Source of the DNA: the human T2T-CHM13v2.0 reference genome, Homo sapiens
Assembly (NCBI RefSeq): GCF_009914755.1
Contig: NC_060935.1
Direction: 5' to 3' (one strand)
DNA: 64,000 bases
The notes under the pieces are model-generated. The model was not told the origin of the DNA and did no database searches. It saw only the letters and a program-made list of their open reading frames with translations. Position numbers and translations under genes: made by a program. Of the stretch, positions 14,039 to 25,505 are shown piece after piece (the stretch's first letter is position 1; each line of letters begins with the position of its first letter).

Positions 14039-14879
14039 AGATTTATAAAGTAAGGCTAACTCTTATTGATCAGAGAGAAAGGAAGACAGGGGAATGGGAA
14101 AGCAAAGGAACTACTAAAGCTCACATAATGGTCAGAAAGTTTTAGTCTAAACTTCGTGATAAATTTGCCTCCTCATGTTGATTGGAAAGTGTGATGAAGG
14201 TTTGTCTCAGTGACAGATCTGCCTTTGTCCTTCCAGTTTGCCATGGGACAAATTGTGGCTATTTCTTTGCCCAGCAAAAGGTTTTATAGATACTTTGAGC
14301 CCTCCTTGGCCATAGGCATGGTTAGGCAATATATACTTTCATTTGTCAGTTCCACAGACTGTAGTGGCTTTGAGAAACCCCTTTAGGTTTAGCTGGCTCC
14401 TGAATGAAAATGAATCTGGATTCCCATGGACTCAGGTAGTGAGCAGCTCCTAAGAGTAGGGCTAAGCACTAAACTGCATATATATAATGTGTTATATAGT
14501 TACTGAGCTTAAGGAGCTAAATAGTAAATTAGGGAATTCATCAATGGGGGGATAGTCCAGGAACTAGGAACCATTCTTGGTACCTCAAACAAGAAGAGAT
14601 TTCATACAGGGAATTGGATACTTATAGAATTTCTGGAAGAAAAGAAATGAGAAGTTACAAAGAACAGAAGTTAGATCTAGGGGTGCTCAGCTATAGTAGT
14701 TTGGCCTTGAAACCAAGAGTTCAACCAGACCCTCCTAATATGTATTATTACAGCAAGAAAGAGGGCCCTCTGCCTCAATCCTCATGCAGGTGCACCTTAT
14801 TGACAGAACCCAAATTAAACAAACCTGTCTGCTGTCATGAGGGCTTGAAAATCCTCAACCTTCTTTATTGTGAACCCTT

Positions 14880-15090
14880 TCTTGGTGCCATATATTGTAC
14901 TGAAAACGTTTTACATGCAGTAATTTAGTTCTTCATCTGAATGTGATTTCTTCCCATTTTAGCCTCAGAGAACCTAGTAATCTTCCTCCCTGACAAGGTC
15001 ACACAGCTGTTAGGAAGCTGAGCCATAATGCTAAACACAGGTCAGGCTGACCCTGAAACTGGTGTGCCCAGTCGCTAAGCCACACCACCT
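14880..15090 (-). mobile_element. MIR SINE (degenerate)
   Basis: cccattttagcctcagaga...caaggtcacacagct...ctaaacacaggtc. Confidence 0.55.
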
Positions 15091-16109
15091 CTCTGTGGAG
15101 GGAAGGCTGGTGGAGATAGGTTGGTAGCATTGTACTACTCCATCTCTGACTTTTTCTCATCCAAACCTTACTACCACATGCCCCTACACACCCCGAGCAG
15201 AATTCTGCAAGATTGTTAGATTAAGCCAATTTTGTTCTCTTCTTCCTGTGGCCTTGCTGGTACTTGCTGCTTGTTACCATGTAGCTGAGATTTGCACGCT
15301 TTCTCTGATTAGGTAGTCTCCCCATGGCTCTATTGTCTCTTGGCACTTGGCATGCATTTCGGCCCCCACTTTCCTTCTTCTCCATCCCCTCCCATTTCCA
15401 TATTGCTGAACCCAGGTGAGGCTGAGGCCGGGATATGATGAGTCCTGAGTGCCAGGCTAAGGATGCTGAACTTTATCTCAAATGGTATGAGGGGTCACTG
15501 GCCCCCAACACGGGTTTGAGAGCCAGAGAGAGAGTGATGTGATGGAGGCATGTAGAGGATCGAGCAGGAGAATGTGGGCCTGGTCGGCATGAGAAAAGGC
15601 CAGAATCAGAGAGCAGCTAGGAGACAAGAGCAGTAGATGAGTCCCCCCACTTCCCCTCCACCCCTCCTGGTCTTTATTGGCTTTTCAAAGAGCATGAACT
15701 CTTTCCCTAACAATTCCTGAATCTCAGGTGGTTTTAGGCTCTCAGTATGGCCACCAGTGGTTTTATTGTCTGTTGGCATTTGCCATCCATTTCAGCTGCA
15801 GTTATGTTCTCCACCTCCTCCCATCCCCATATTGCACAGTTCAGAAGGCTAAGACTAGGTTCTTAAAAGCATTTTTCTCTCACTTGTGGAGAGTTTTGAT
15901 CTTAGACTATTTCCAAGGGTCAACTTGTAAATGCCATTCATTCTCTCTTTTTCTTTTCTGTGCTATTTTTTAATGCCTTGACCATGATGTGGAAGATTTG
16001 ATTGACCTTCTGACCAGAGATACTCTGGTCATGACAGTGAGTGGGAGCAAGCCAGCTTCTGTGGACACAGACAATGAGATATGGCAGCTCTGGTTGGAAC
16101 GAGCCAGTT

Positions 16110-16345
16110 CTAGCACAATGGATGGATTTTTGAATTCAGAAATACCTGCTTTGAATCCCTACTCTGCCACTCTGTGTGGGGAGCTTATAGAACCTGGAGA
16201 TCTTTCTTAGCTTCCCTGGGCACCAGTTTTCCCTTCTGTACAGGAGGGATAACAGTGGCCCTCCTCAGGTGGTCCTGAGGACTCAATGAAGTCACCGGTG
16301 TAAAGCTTTCACCATGATGGGCATGTGTATGGTATGAGTTCTGGA
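16110..16345 (+). mobile_element. MIR SINE
   Basis: tttgaatccctactctgccact...cagttttcccttctgtac...gaggactcaatga. Confidence 0.6.
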
Positions 16346-17084
16346 AATACTGTTCACCTTTCCTTTTCAGCTTGTTGGGATCTGTAGGAGATGGTTCTGA
16401 TCAGCTTAAGTCAGTTGATGTTTGTCTGATGATTTAGCCTCTAGGGCTTTTCTTTCCTAGTGGCCATGGTGTGATTCCCTCCCTCTGGTCTCCAGTAAAG
16501 GCCTCAGCATAGACAGACACACATTCCAGACCCACCCAGGAGAAGACCAGTGAGCCAACCCAGATCACAGTTGTCTCCCAGTGAATTGAAGTCCACACCA
16601 AACACCAGTTGATGGTTCATCTAGGAGATGCAGTGTACCTACTCAGTCTAGTTAAAATGTGTCTCTTCTTTCCTGTAATAGACAGAAGTGCACTCCCTTC
16701 TCACCTCACCAAGAGAAGTGCTCAGACGTGACTGCTTGACCGCTCCAACTTCTCTGCCAGTGCAGAGAGCTTGAAGCTTTTGCAGTTCTCCAAGCATCTG
16801 GCCCATCTTATCTAGATGACATTTGGAATTTTAATCTTCTAGTTATGGGTTTTCATAAATCTAGTTTGAAATCATCACTGCCAATCTCCTCTGCTGTGGG
16901 AAAATGGCTTTAAAAAGATGTGGGGAGGGGATGGTTTGTGCATGAATGAAGATGACGAGAAATGACACTTGTTGTTGGAAGGGAGGCTGGCCACGGGGAG
17001 CCCTCATGCTTGTTTCTGACTGTGGATAAAGTACTGCTTTAGTTTAACTCGACTTTGGAAGCCTGAGTTGGGGTTTTGGGGATC

Positions 17085-17285
17085 TGCAACTGATACCGTG
17101 TCAAATACTGTGTCAGATGCTTTACATGGGTTATCTCATAGCTGCCTTCATGTGTTCCCATTTTACAGATAGAGAAAAACCGAGGTTCTGATATATTATG
17201 TAACTTGCCTGGTGTTACCAAGTGGATGGTGGAGATTTTAAAATCTAGGTTTAGCTGACTTCAAAGCTTGTAGTTTTCCTGGCAA
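17085..17285 (-). mobile_element. MIR SINE
   Basis: tgctttacatgggttatctca...cccattttacagatagagaaaaaccgagg...taacttgcctggtgttac. Confidence 0.68.
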
Positions 17286-19108
17286 TGCCTGACTTCGACC
17301 TATGAATCTATGGACTCTTGGAAACAAAATCCCTAAATTTACATATCTGAAATATCAGCACTACCCCAGTCAGTATTCTTGTAACCCCTTTAGCACACAT
17401 CCCCTCCACTCCGCTCAGAGGAAATGCATGAGGTGGTTAAGGAGAAGAGGTGAGCAGAGGCTGGGTCCTGCAAGACCATGCCAAGGTCTCAGGGGCTGGG
17501 ACTTTATCTTGAGGATAATAGGATGATATTGAAAGTCCTAACAGAAGAGTGGCATGAAGCAACTTCAGCAACTATTGAGGGCCGACACTAGCAGACGTGC
17601 CTTTTCCCGCTGATTGATTGAAAGCGTTCTTATGCCCACATGAATTCCAAGAGACCCTGCTGCTTCATCTTCAAGAACTCCAGGGATTCTGGGCCACAGG
17701 TGGGGAACTGCCAGCATAGAACATTTTCACAGGACTTAGAAAGGTAAGGAAGAGTGAGGAGAGCGTTCCAGATTACAGATCTTCACTGAGTTAGTTCTAC
17801 AATTGCTGAGTGTTGTGTCCCTGTCACCAAAACCTGCTAAGAATCAACAACCCTAAGTGAGTAGACAGAACTACCCAGTGGATCTTAGTGTGGGCAGATA
17901 GCATGAGATTTGGAATCAGTTGCCCTGTACAATGAACCCGGTATCTCCCAAATTAGGTGCTGGGCTGCAACTGGCCAGGACGCCCGTTATAGTGGTGCGG
18001 TTGGGGGCAGGGGGAGGGTGGGTGGCGGGGTGAAGAACTGCTGGTTCAGAAGCTCCTGGGCAGCCCTTGAGCTTCAGAAAGTCTGTCACCTGCCCCTGCC
18101 AGGACAGTCCAGCATTTACTTGTTTTTCCTGCAGAGCATGTGCAAACTGTTAAGGGAATAGAGTCCCAAGTGCAGTAGAGATAATGAGGTCAAGTGTGCG
18201 GGTGCTTTTCGGAACCCACCACCCCCCACACCTGCCCTGTTCTTTCCTTTCTTTGCCTCCCCCTTGCTATATTCCACATATATTGGTGGGGACAGCAGAG
18301 CCCTGAGAGACTCTACTTTATATGGACTTAAGTGACTTTCATCATTTAGGAGGCTGGAATATGCTCCTTTTCACAAGAGTAATTTGATGGAGAAATTATT
18401 TTAACTGTCCCTGGGTTTCAGCCCAGGGCTGCAAACTTGAATAGGAAAATGCATCTTGGCAGTTTCCTGGAGCTCAAGGGAGCCCCTCATCTTCTATTAA
18501 ATTGACACACTTTGTTTGATTAATGCAGGTATGACATTAGTGATGGTTTCACAGTGCTTCTCCCAACCTCTTCTATCCATCGCCCCCACTACACCTCTGT
18601 CCTCCCCACTAGCTAGATTGACGTTCCTCCCTGCACACTAGAGTTTGCTGTCCTCGCTGGCAGTTCTGTATAGGGAGAGTGGGGCTGGGCCCACTTCTGA
18701 CAAGCCTGGGCTTTGTGGGGTTCTCTGGATATTCTAGCACTTGGGGAGCAGCCCACAGTCTCACATAGAGGATTCCAGTTGGCTTCCAGGAGGCCAGGCA
18801 AGGCTGCCCCCTCCTGGGAACATGTATGGGCTTCATAGAAGTTTTCAAGTCTCTCATGGTTTGAGAAGCAAGAAAAACTTCATTCTCTTCAACATATCAA
18901 ATGTAAAATAATTCTTCTTCCCATTTCTAAGTAGACACCCTAGGACCTGCTCAAAAAAATCCCTCTCTTGACCAAATCATGTTGCTCTGAAAATCCAGGT
19001 TCTGAATGAATCTTAAACCAAATTATCTTGAAATGCAAGCTTAGTGTGCTCCAACTTGATAGCTTGGCGATTATTTGCTTTTCCAAAAAGAGAGAAAAAA
19101 AGGAGAAT

Positions 19109-19110
<2 letters not shown>

Positions 19111-19147
<37 letters not shown>

Positions 19148-19188
19148 TATGCATGTGTGTATAGATACATATGTGTATGTGTGTGTGT
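19111..19188. repeat. (GT)17 microsatellite with degenerate purine-pyrimidine extension
   Basis: Perfect GT repeat at 19111-19144, then imperfect alternation to 19188. Confidence 0.95.
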
Positions 19189-20114
19189 CTTTTGGGAACT
19201 TTTGTGCTTTCATTACACCATGATTAAAATGTGAAGGTGTGTGGAAGCAACATTGGGTTCTCCAAAAACCTGGGATCCCAGTCTGGTCTGTAGCCTTGGG
19301 TCATTTATTTAAGCTTCAGAAAATTTCCCCATCCTAGACAAGGCATGAGGCCAAATGAACAGTAGGTCTTACCTCAGGACCCAGATGTATTCTTTAATTA
19401 GTTCCTGATAAGTTTCCTCATGAGGTTGTTAGGACTGAACATTTCAGAAGCAAGCACAACAGATAACTTTATTTTTTTAGGGAGGTTTTGTATTTTAACC
19501 CCCGAAGTAACCTTATAGTTTATTTTTCCTTGTCTGATTACAATCTCCCAACTTGCTGACAGTTCACCTTTGAAATGAGTCAGCTTTGATCAGGGATGTG
19601 GCAGCCAGACAGGTCATTTTTACTGTCTGTGACTTAGTCCAACCAGTTTGGCAACAGCAGGACCCCATCCCAATTTAGGGAATGGAAAATGGTAGTCAGT
19701 CTGTGGTGGTGCGGCCTGCCCCCTGCCTGTGGGCAGCAGATTGCCCCTCTCCTCTTTGCACTGACTGACTGGGTCTCCCCAAAGGCAGAGTCCTTTGCCA
19801 GCCCTTTGCTGTCCTCCTTGGGCACCTCTCCCTTTGCTGTGTCCTCTCCAAGCCCAGCATTGCTTCAGATTGCTAAACGATACAAAGTGTGTCCTCACTG
19901 CCTCCCACTTTCCTTTTCCTCTTCCCTCTCTGAGGCTTACGTCTGCCTGGATCTTTTTCTTTTCAGTAGAGCAAGGCAGTTTCGGCCTCCACCTGAAAGT
20001 GGAAGTAGAGGGTCAGGCACATGGACCTCCTAGCCCTGAGGATCATGAGCCAGGCTAACACCATTGGGGACTACTTTCGGAGGATGTGGCTGAGCTGGAA
20101 TCTGCCCCCATCTT

Positions 20115-20370
20115 CTGGAGGCACAGTGACAAAGAAGGGCAGTCTCTGGCTGAATCTGAGTTCAAATCCCGGCACTATCACTTACTAGCTCTGTAACCTT
20201 GGGCAAGTTACGTCACCTGTGAGCTCCTATTTTTTCAAAATGTGAAATTAAGAGGACAATAGTCTTGAACTCCCAGGGTTGTTGTGAGGATTCAGTGATA
20301 AGTGCATATAAAGCATGTAGTACGGTGTATGCCACATAGTGTGTGCTTAATAAGAGCTAAAATCATTGCT
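20115..20370 (+). mobile_element. MIR SINE
   Basis: ctgagttcaaatcccggcact..cacttactagctctgtaaccttgggcaagtta...gggttgttgtgaggatt. Confidence 0.78.
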
Positions 20371-21046
20371 TTTATTTTAATAATTATCATTGCTGACCTT
20401 ATCCATCATCACCCTTGTCCGGAGGAGAATAGCCAGGGTGGTGAGAGAACCAAAGCTTTGTTCTATGAAGAGTATTTATAGGAATTTGAAACTCTTTTAT
20501 GATATTATGACTCATGAAAGAGACACTATGCCACCTTTTATCTCCGAAGGGCTAGAAGGATTAATCACTGGGGGTCTTCACCAAACTGGGACCAAAATTC
20601 AATTCAGTGGGAGGAAGAGTTTTCTGAGATTAGTGTCAAATGGCTCTTATAGGAGGTCAGAAGGTCTTTACCCCTGGCAGTTTAGGGAAACTTGGCATGG
20701 AGCTTGTGCAAGGGATTCATGCATCAAGGAGGGGTGGGATTGGGCTAGAGGGCTTGGCTGGCCTCTTCCATTCCCAGAATTCTCTGATTCTGGGTTCCAG
20801 GAGGGCCTGTGCTCTTTTTTCTAAAGAAAGACTACCTAGAGGAATACGCCACACTGTATAGCAACTTTATGTGATTGCTGAGGCCTCCCCAGCCACCTGT
20901 GATCTGTGAACTGGCCTCTTGTTCTTGCATCTTTTAAATAAGTTAATGTCCATGCTCTTAATTTTGGTTTTGGATGAGTTATTATTTCTAGATACTTAAA
21001 GCAATTAGGCCTTATAGTGCCAGTATTGGTTAAGAATAGTACATCA

Positions 21047-21171
21047 CCAAGGCAGGAGAATCACTTAAGGCCAGGAGTTTGAGGCTGCAGTGAGCTATGC
21101 TCATGCCACCATACTCCAGCCTGGGTGACAGAGTGAGACCCTGTCTCTCAAAAAAAAAAAAAAAAAAAAAA
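21047..21171 (+). mobile_element. 5'-truncated AluJ right arm / FRAM
   Basis: aggcaggagaatcacttaaggccaggagtttgaggctgcagtgagctatg...gagaccctgtctc followed by poly(A). Confidence 0.85.
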
Positions 21172-21899
21172 TTACACCAATGTTTTTTCATCCTGGAGAA
21201 TGGTTTTGTGGGGATGAGAGAGTCGATGGGGACAGGCAATTTGCAGGACCTCTGCTCTCCCACACAAATCAGCCTTCTAGGAAAGCCTCAGATGCACAAA
21301 TTTAGAATGTATTTTCTTTCCTAAGAAGCCATTAACCCTAACTAGGAAAAACAGACAGAGGGGAGCAGCTGCTTCCTCTCTGTTATAAACAGCCATTTTG
21401 ATCACAGAGGCCTCCTTTCCATTCCTTTCCAGGTTTGTCATGTTCTTGCACAGAGACGGTTGTGTGTTCCAGGCTGGGGTTTATTTTTACCAGCAATACA
21501 GATGTTTCTGCTCTTGTGCAAAATTTCATTAAAGTTCAACCAGTGGTTTGCTGTGGGAGGAGGCTGCCAAGGTTAATATTTCTGCGATGTATTCCCTTCT
21601 GTTCATTCTTGGCACCAAAATATTCCCAGGTGGGCAGGTTGTGCTGGTGCTGTATATCAAAACTAAACAACAGAATCACCAGTTCATCTGTTGAACTCAG
21701 GTGGAGTCTCTGATCACACAGAGCGCATCAGCTTTGTCTTGAAAATGCAGGCAGGGAGATACTCCCTCTGGTGAGTATCTGCTCACCCTTTAATGCCCTT
21801 TAGCAGAGAACGCCTCACACTGCAGAGGTTACCTTGGGGGCCAAGAAAGCATTTGGCAGCATGAAATGCTACATCCTTCCACTTTCCCACTGAAATGGT

Positions 21900-22050
21900 G
21901 GGAGCAGAGCTTCAGATATGTGTTCAAATCCTGTCTGTGGCTTAGGCAAGTTACTTACCTCTGTAGAGTGTCAGTGTCTTCATCTGCAAAATGGAATTAG
22001 TCATCCCTGCCTCAAAGGATATTGTGAGGCTTCATTGAGATGCTGCATAT
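21900..22050 (+). mobile_element. MIR SINE fragment
   Basis: gttcaaatcc...ggcaagttacttacc...cttcatctgcaaaatgg. Confidence 0.65.
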
Positions 22051-24199
22051 AATTAATTGAGATAGAGCAGAATGCCCTGGGGCAGGGAAGATGCTTGTGA
22101 GAGGAAACTGTTAAATGAGCACTTGGGGGATTCCCCCAATGGTAGAGGATAATGTATAGTCCAGGGAAGCCCCTCATTCTTCTCCCTGCTTTTGCAATGG
22201 AAAAATTCTGCATGCAGCAGAACCAGTTCTTCTACCTGAGAGCTTGAAAAAGGCAAGTTAAAAGTAATAGCAATCTGACTTGTTTGACGTGTGTTTCCTC
22301 TGCCTCGCCCCATCTGTGGCTTATCGAATTGGAAAGTGGTCAAACAAACATGGCCCTTGTCTAGGAACAATTGGCAAGGGTAGGGTAGAGCTTGAAAGGG
22401 GTGTGGCTAGGATTAAAGGTGAGACAAAAGTGATATGGTATAAGGTGATCTGTGGCCAATTTGCTTAATGACTTTTACTACTTACTTTCTGAATCCAGGT
22501 CTACTCATTAGGTCAGTGAGAAGAGCCAGACCTCATGCACTAAAGAGAGCAGGTGTGTGTGTATGTGTGTGTGTCCTTCAGGTCTCTGCAGATTTGTAGG
22601 GTCATCTGGTTAAAAATAGATAATGTTCATACTCGTTTTATAAGTCTCCATTGAAGAAGGGAATATGGACAAAATTATTCATTTTCAATTACAACGTCAC
22701 CAAACGTATGTCTAGTTATTTAGGATTATTTTAATCAGTACTCTTTGTAAGCTATCCCTCTCACATACCTCAGTGCAGTGGCAATTACAGTTCCCAACCC
22801 CAAGTCTTGCAAGGTATCTAAGTGCTGAATGAATCATCAACAAGAGACAGTCTTTTTTAGTCCATTTGAAATGCAGGGTGGATCTTATTTTAATCTTGAG
22901 AAGGTCAGTTATCAGTGGTTGAATCTGTGGATGGTCTTGTGGGAGGAGCATTCTGTTAATCAGCATATTGTGATAACCAGGACATTCCATCTCCTGGCTG
23001 TGTTGAATGACAATGACATAGTGGATAATGTGTTCCCTTGGTGGTTTCTTTGTAATCCATCAAATCTGTCCAGTCTTCTGTCTGTCCTTCCATCCATCTA
23101 TTTATCCATCCATCCATCTGATAGACATTTATTGGCACTTGAGTTGACATGAAACTTACAAGGGGATATGGAGATAATGATCATAGATCCTGCTGTTAGA
23201 GAATTTAACATGTGAAATAGGGGATAAGACATGTAAGAAACTGGATGAAAAAGCCAAGGAAAACTTGGGGGTGAAGAGTGGCATTCTAACCCAGTGCTTT
23301 TGAGAAACCCGTAGGATCCCAGTTTATGAAGACTGTGCATTCCCACTGCAGGAGTAAAGGCCCAGAGGCTGGAAAGAGGTGGGTCTTTATGAGGAATCAC
23401 CAGTAGTTGAATTGGGCTGAAGTGAAAGGGAGGAGTGGGAAAACAGGGCACCTGCTTAAGTGGCAGTTCTTGAAAGTCAAGTTAAGGAAGTAGGACTTGG
23501 TTCTGTAGGTGCTTGGGAATGGTTTCGTGGCAGGGGTGGCCAAAGGAAGACTTTCTGGCCCTCATTTGAATCTGGATGCATGCTGACAGATTCTGACAGG
23601 TCTTCCAATTTTTAAAGATTAAGTGTCAGCTGAGAGATGAGGCAGTCTTAATGATGGGTGATGGCTGATTCAGCAAAGCCAGGCATATGTAGCACCACTT
23701 ACATTTTCTTCTCTCATGGCTTCTTTCTTTTCAGACCTCTTCTTATTTTTAGTTTTTGTCACTTTTATTAACAGTTTCTCCACTGTCACAGGCATTCCTC
23801 TAAGACCTACTCTCCAGCCTCACCTCTCAGTCCTCTAGGAATGAGAATTTTGAGATGGGGGTTTGGCGTCCATGGCTTCTTCTATCTTTGGAATCTGTCC
23901 CTTGGCTATAAATAAGGCTGTTGCTTAGTGCCAGTATTGATGGTATTTGCAGCTGTCCTCTGGGAGATGGACTCAGACGAATAACCCATTTTCAAGAGGA
24001 CATGGCCATTAGGTGACAGCTATTTATGGTTCCTATTGACTAGGGCCAAACCTGAACTGTCACTGACATTAAAATTTCATGAGCTGTGAGCTGCCTTTCC
24101 TTATCAGGCTGTCTCTTTCCATTTATTTGAAATATCTAACCATGTTTATCTAGGTTCTTCAAAAGATAATCTTGAGGAACGCTTGTGTTGTGGCTGCTG

Positions 24200-24400
24200 G
24201 GACTTTACCAAACGTACTTCTCATCCCCGCAACATCCTTCCAAACCAGAGCATTCACATCTCCATTTCACAGAAGAGAACACTGAGGGTCAAAAGGTTAA
24301 ACTGCTATCCCAGAGTCACCAGGTCAGTTCATAAGTGACAGAGCCAGAATTCAAACCGACTTCTGCCTAGAATCAAAGCCTGGATAATTTCCATGAAACC
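24200..24400 (-). mobile_element. MIR SINE fragment
   Basis: ccatttcacagaagagaacactgagg...agagccagaattcaaacc. Confidence 0.65.
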
Positions 24401-25339
24401 ATGCGTGTCTGATTTCTGAACCTGGAATTTCACTACAGAGGTTTTTATTTATTTATTTTGTCCCCTGATAGCTCAGTCACTTGGAGTTAAGTAGTTGATT
24501 GAACATGCAATTTTTAAAGCTCATTCATGCTGAATTTGCTTTAGTGTGGTAGCCAGTGTTCCATCTTTATAGAGTTTCTTTCCCACACTCTTATATGAAA
24601 ATAAACAAGGCCCTAAAATGTCAGGCAAGATTCCTTCTGGCTTTGTAACCTAATGTATTTTATAGATGGTTGAATTCTCCAGTGAACATTTCATTGGAAA
24701 ATATTCCTTTCCTGACTTCTGTTTCTCCATCAAAGGGATATTACATTGTAAGTGATAACTATTTCTTAGTGGCCTTGACATTGCAGTTCTGTGTAGGAAA
24801 TTATCCTGCATCAGTCACTTCTGTTGTCATCAGATTCCTTTCATCTCAAGTACCTGCATTTCTTCAACTTAAAATTTGGAACATGATCAGGCCTGGGGCC
24901 AGGGAGATGGAACCTCTTGATCTCTCATATCAGTGTTGATTCTTAGAAAGAAGAAGGTATGATGATTGATAACCTGGTCTTTGAAAGCAGAAAACCTTGG
25001 TCGAATGTCAGCTTTGCTTCTTGTTAACTACTAGACCTTGGCCAGATCGTGTCTCTGAATTTCAGTTGTTTTATTTTAAAGTGGAGATTCATTTCTAAAG
25101 AGGGGATGGAGAATTTCTTTTGGTAATCTCATAGAGGCTTTGTATGCTGATGCTTTGGTGAATTAGAAAAAGCAATGCTAGAGACCCTCCTTTTTGGGGA
25201 ACACTTAAGCCTCGCTGTCCCACTCACCATATAATAGATTTTCTAAATATCAAGAAGTAACTTGGGTGTCAGTGAAATGCCCCTCTTTCCTCTTTCGGAG
25301 ATAATTATCTATATATCTCTATGTAGAGTGTGATATGAT

Positions 25340-25505
25340 AGCTAACCCTGCCTGGGCATCAGAATCCTCTTGAGACCCTTGAAGGGAAAAGAAAAATGGG
25401 CATCCAAACCTACTGACTCGCACACTTCAAATATGAGGCCCAGGCATCTGTGTTTCTTAAAAGCTCCCCCAGGGACTCTGATGCACAGCTAGAATTGAGA
25501 CTAGT
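25340..25505. mobile_element. MER5-family MITE
   Basis: gggcatcagaatc...gaggcccaggcatctgtgtttcttaaaagctcccccagggactctgatgcacagc. Confidence 0.6.

Noticed and set aside
14560-14850. Possible old MLT1/LTR relic
   Set aside because: Too degenerate to assign a family or boundaries by eye.
17733-17743. 11-nt microexon-like cag|GACTTAGAAAG|gtaagg
   Set aside because: Short pyrimidine tract, not frame-preserving, and no upstream UGC/branch-point context typical of neural microexons.
21433-21770. Strong acceptor at 21432 with a donor at 21771
   Set aside because: The 338-nt span has stops. Such pseudo-exons are common in long introns and there is no further support.
24313-24331. Retinoic-acid response element (gagtca-cc-aggtca-gttca)
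   Set aside because: Imperfect half-site and spacing, inside a MIR. I saw no canonical DR5 or DR2 by eye in the window, though a motif scan could find one.
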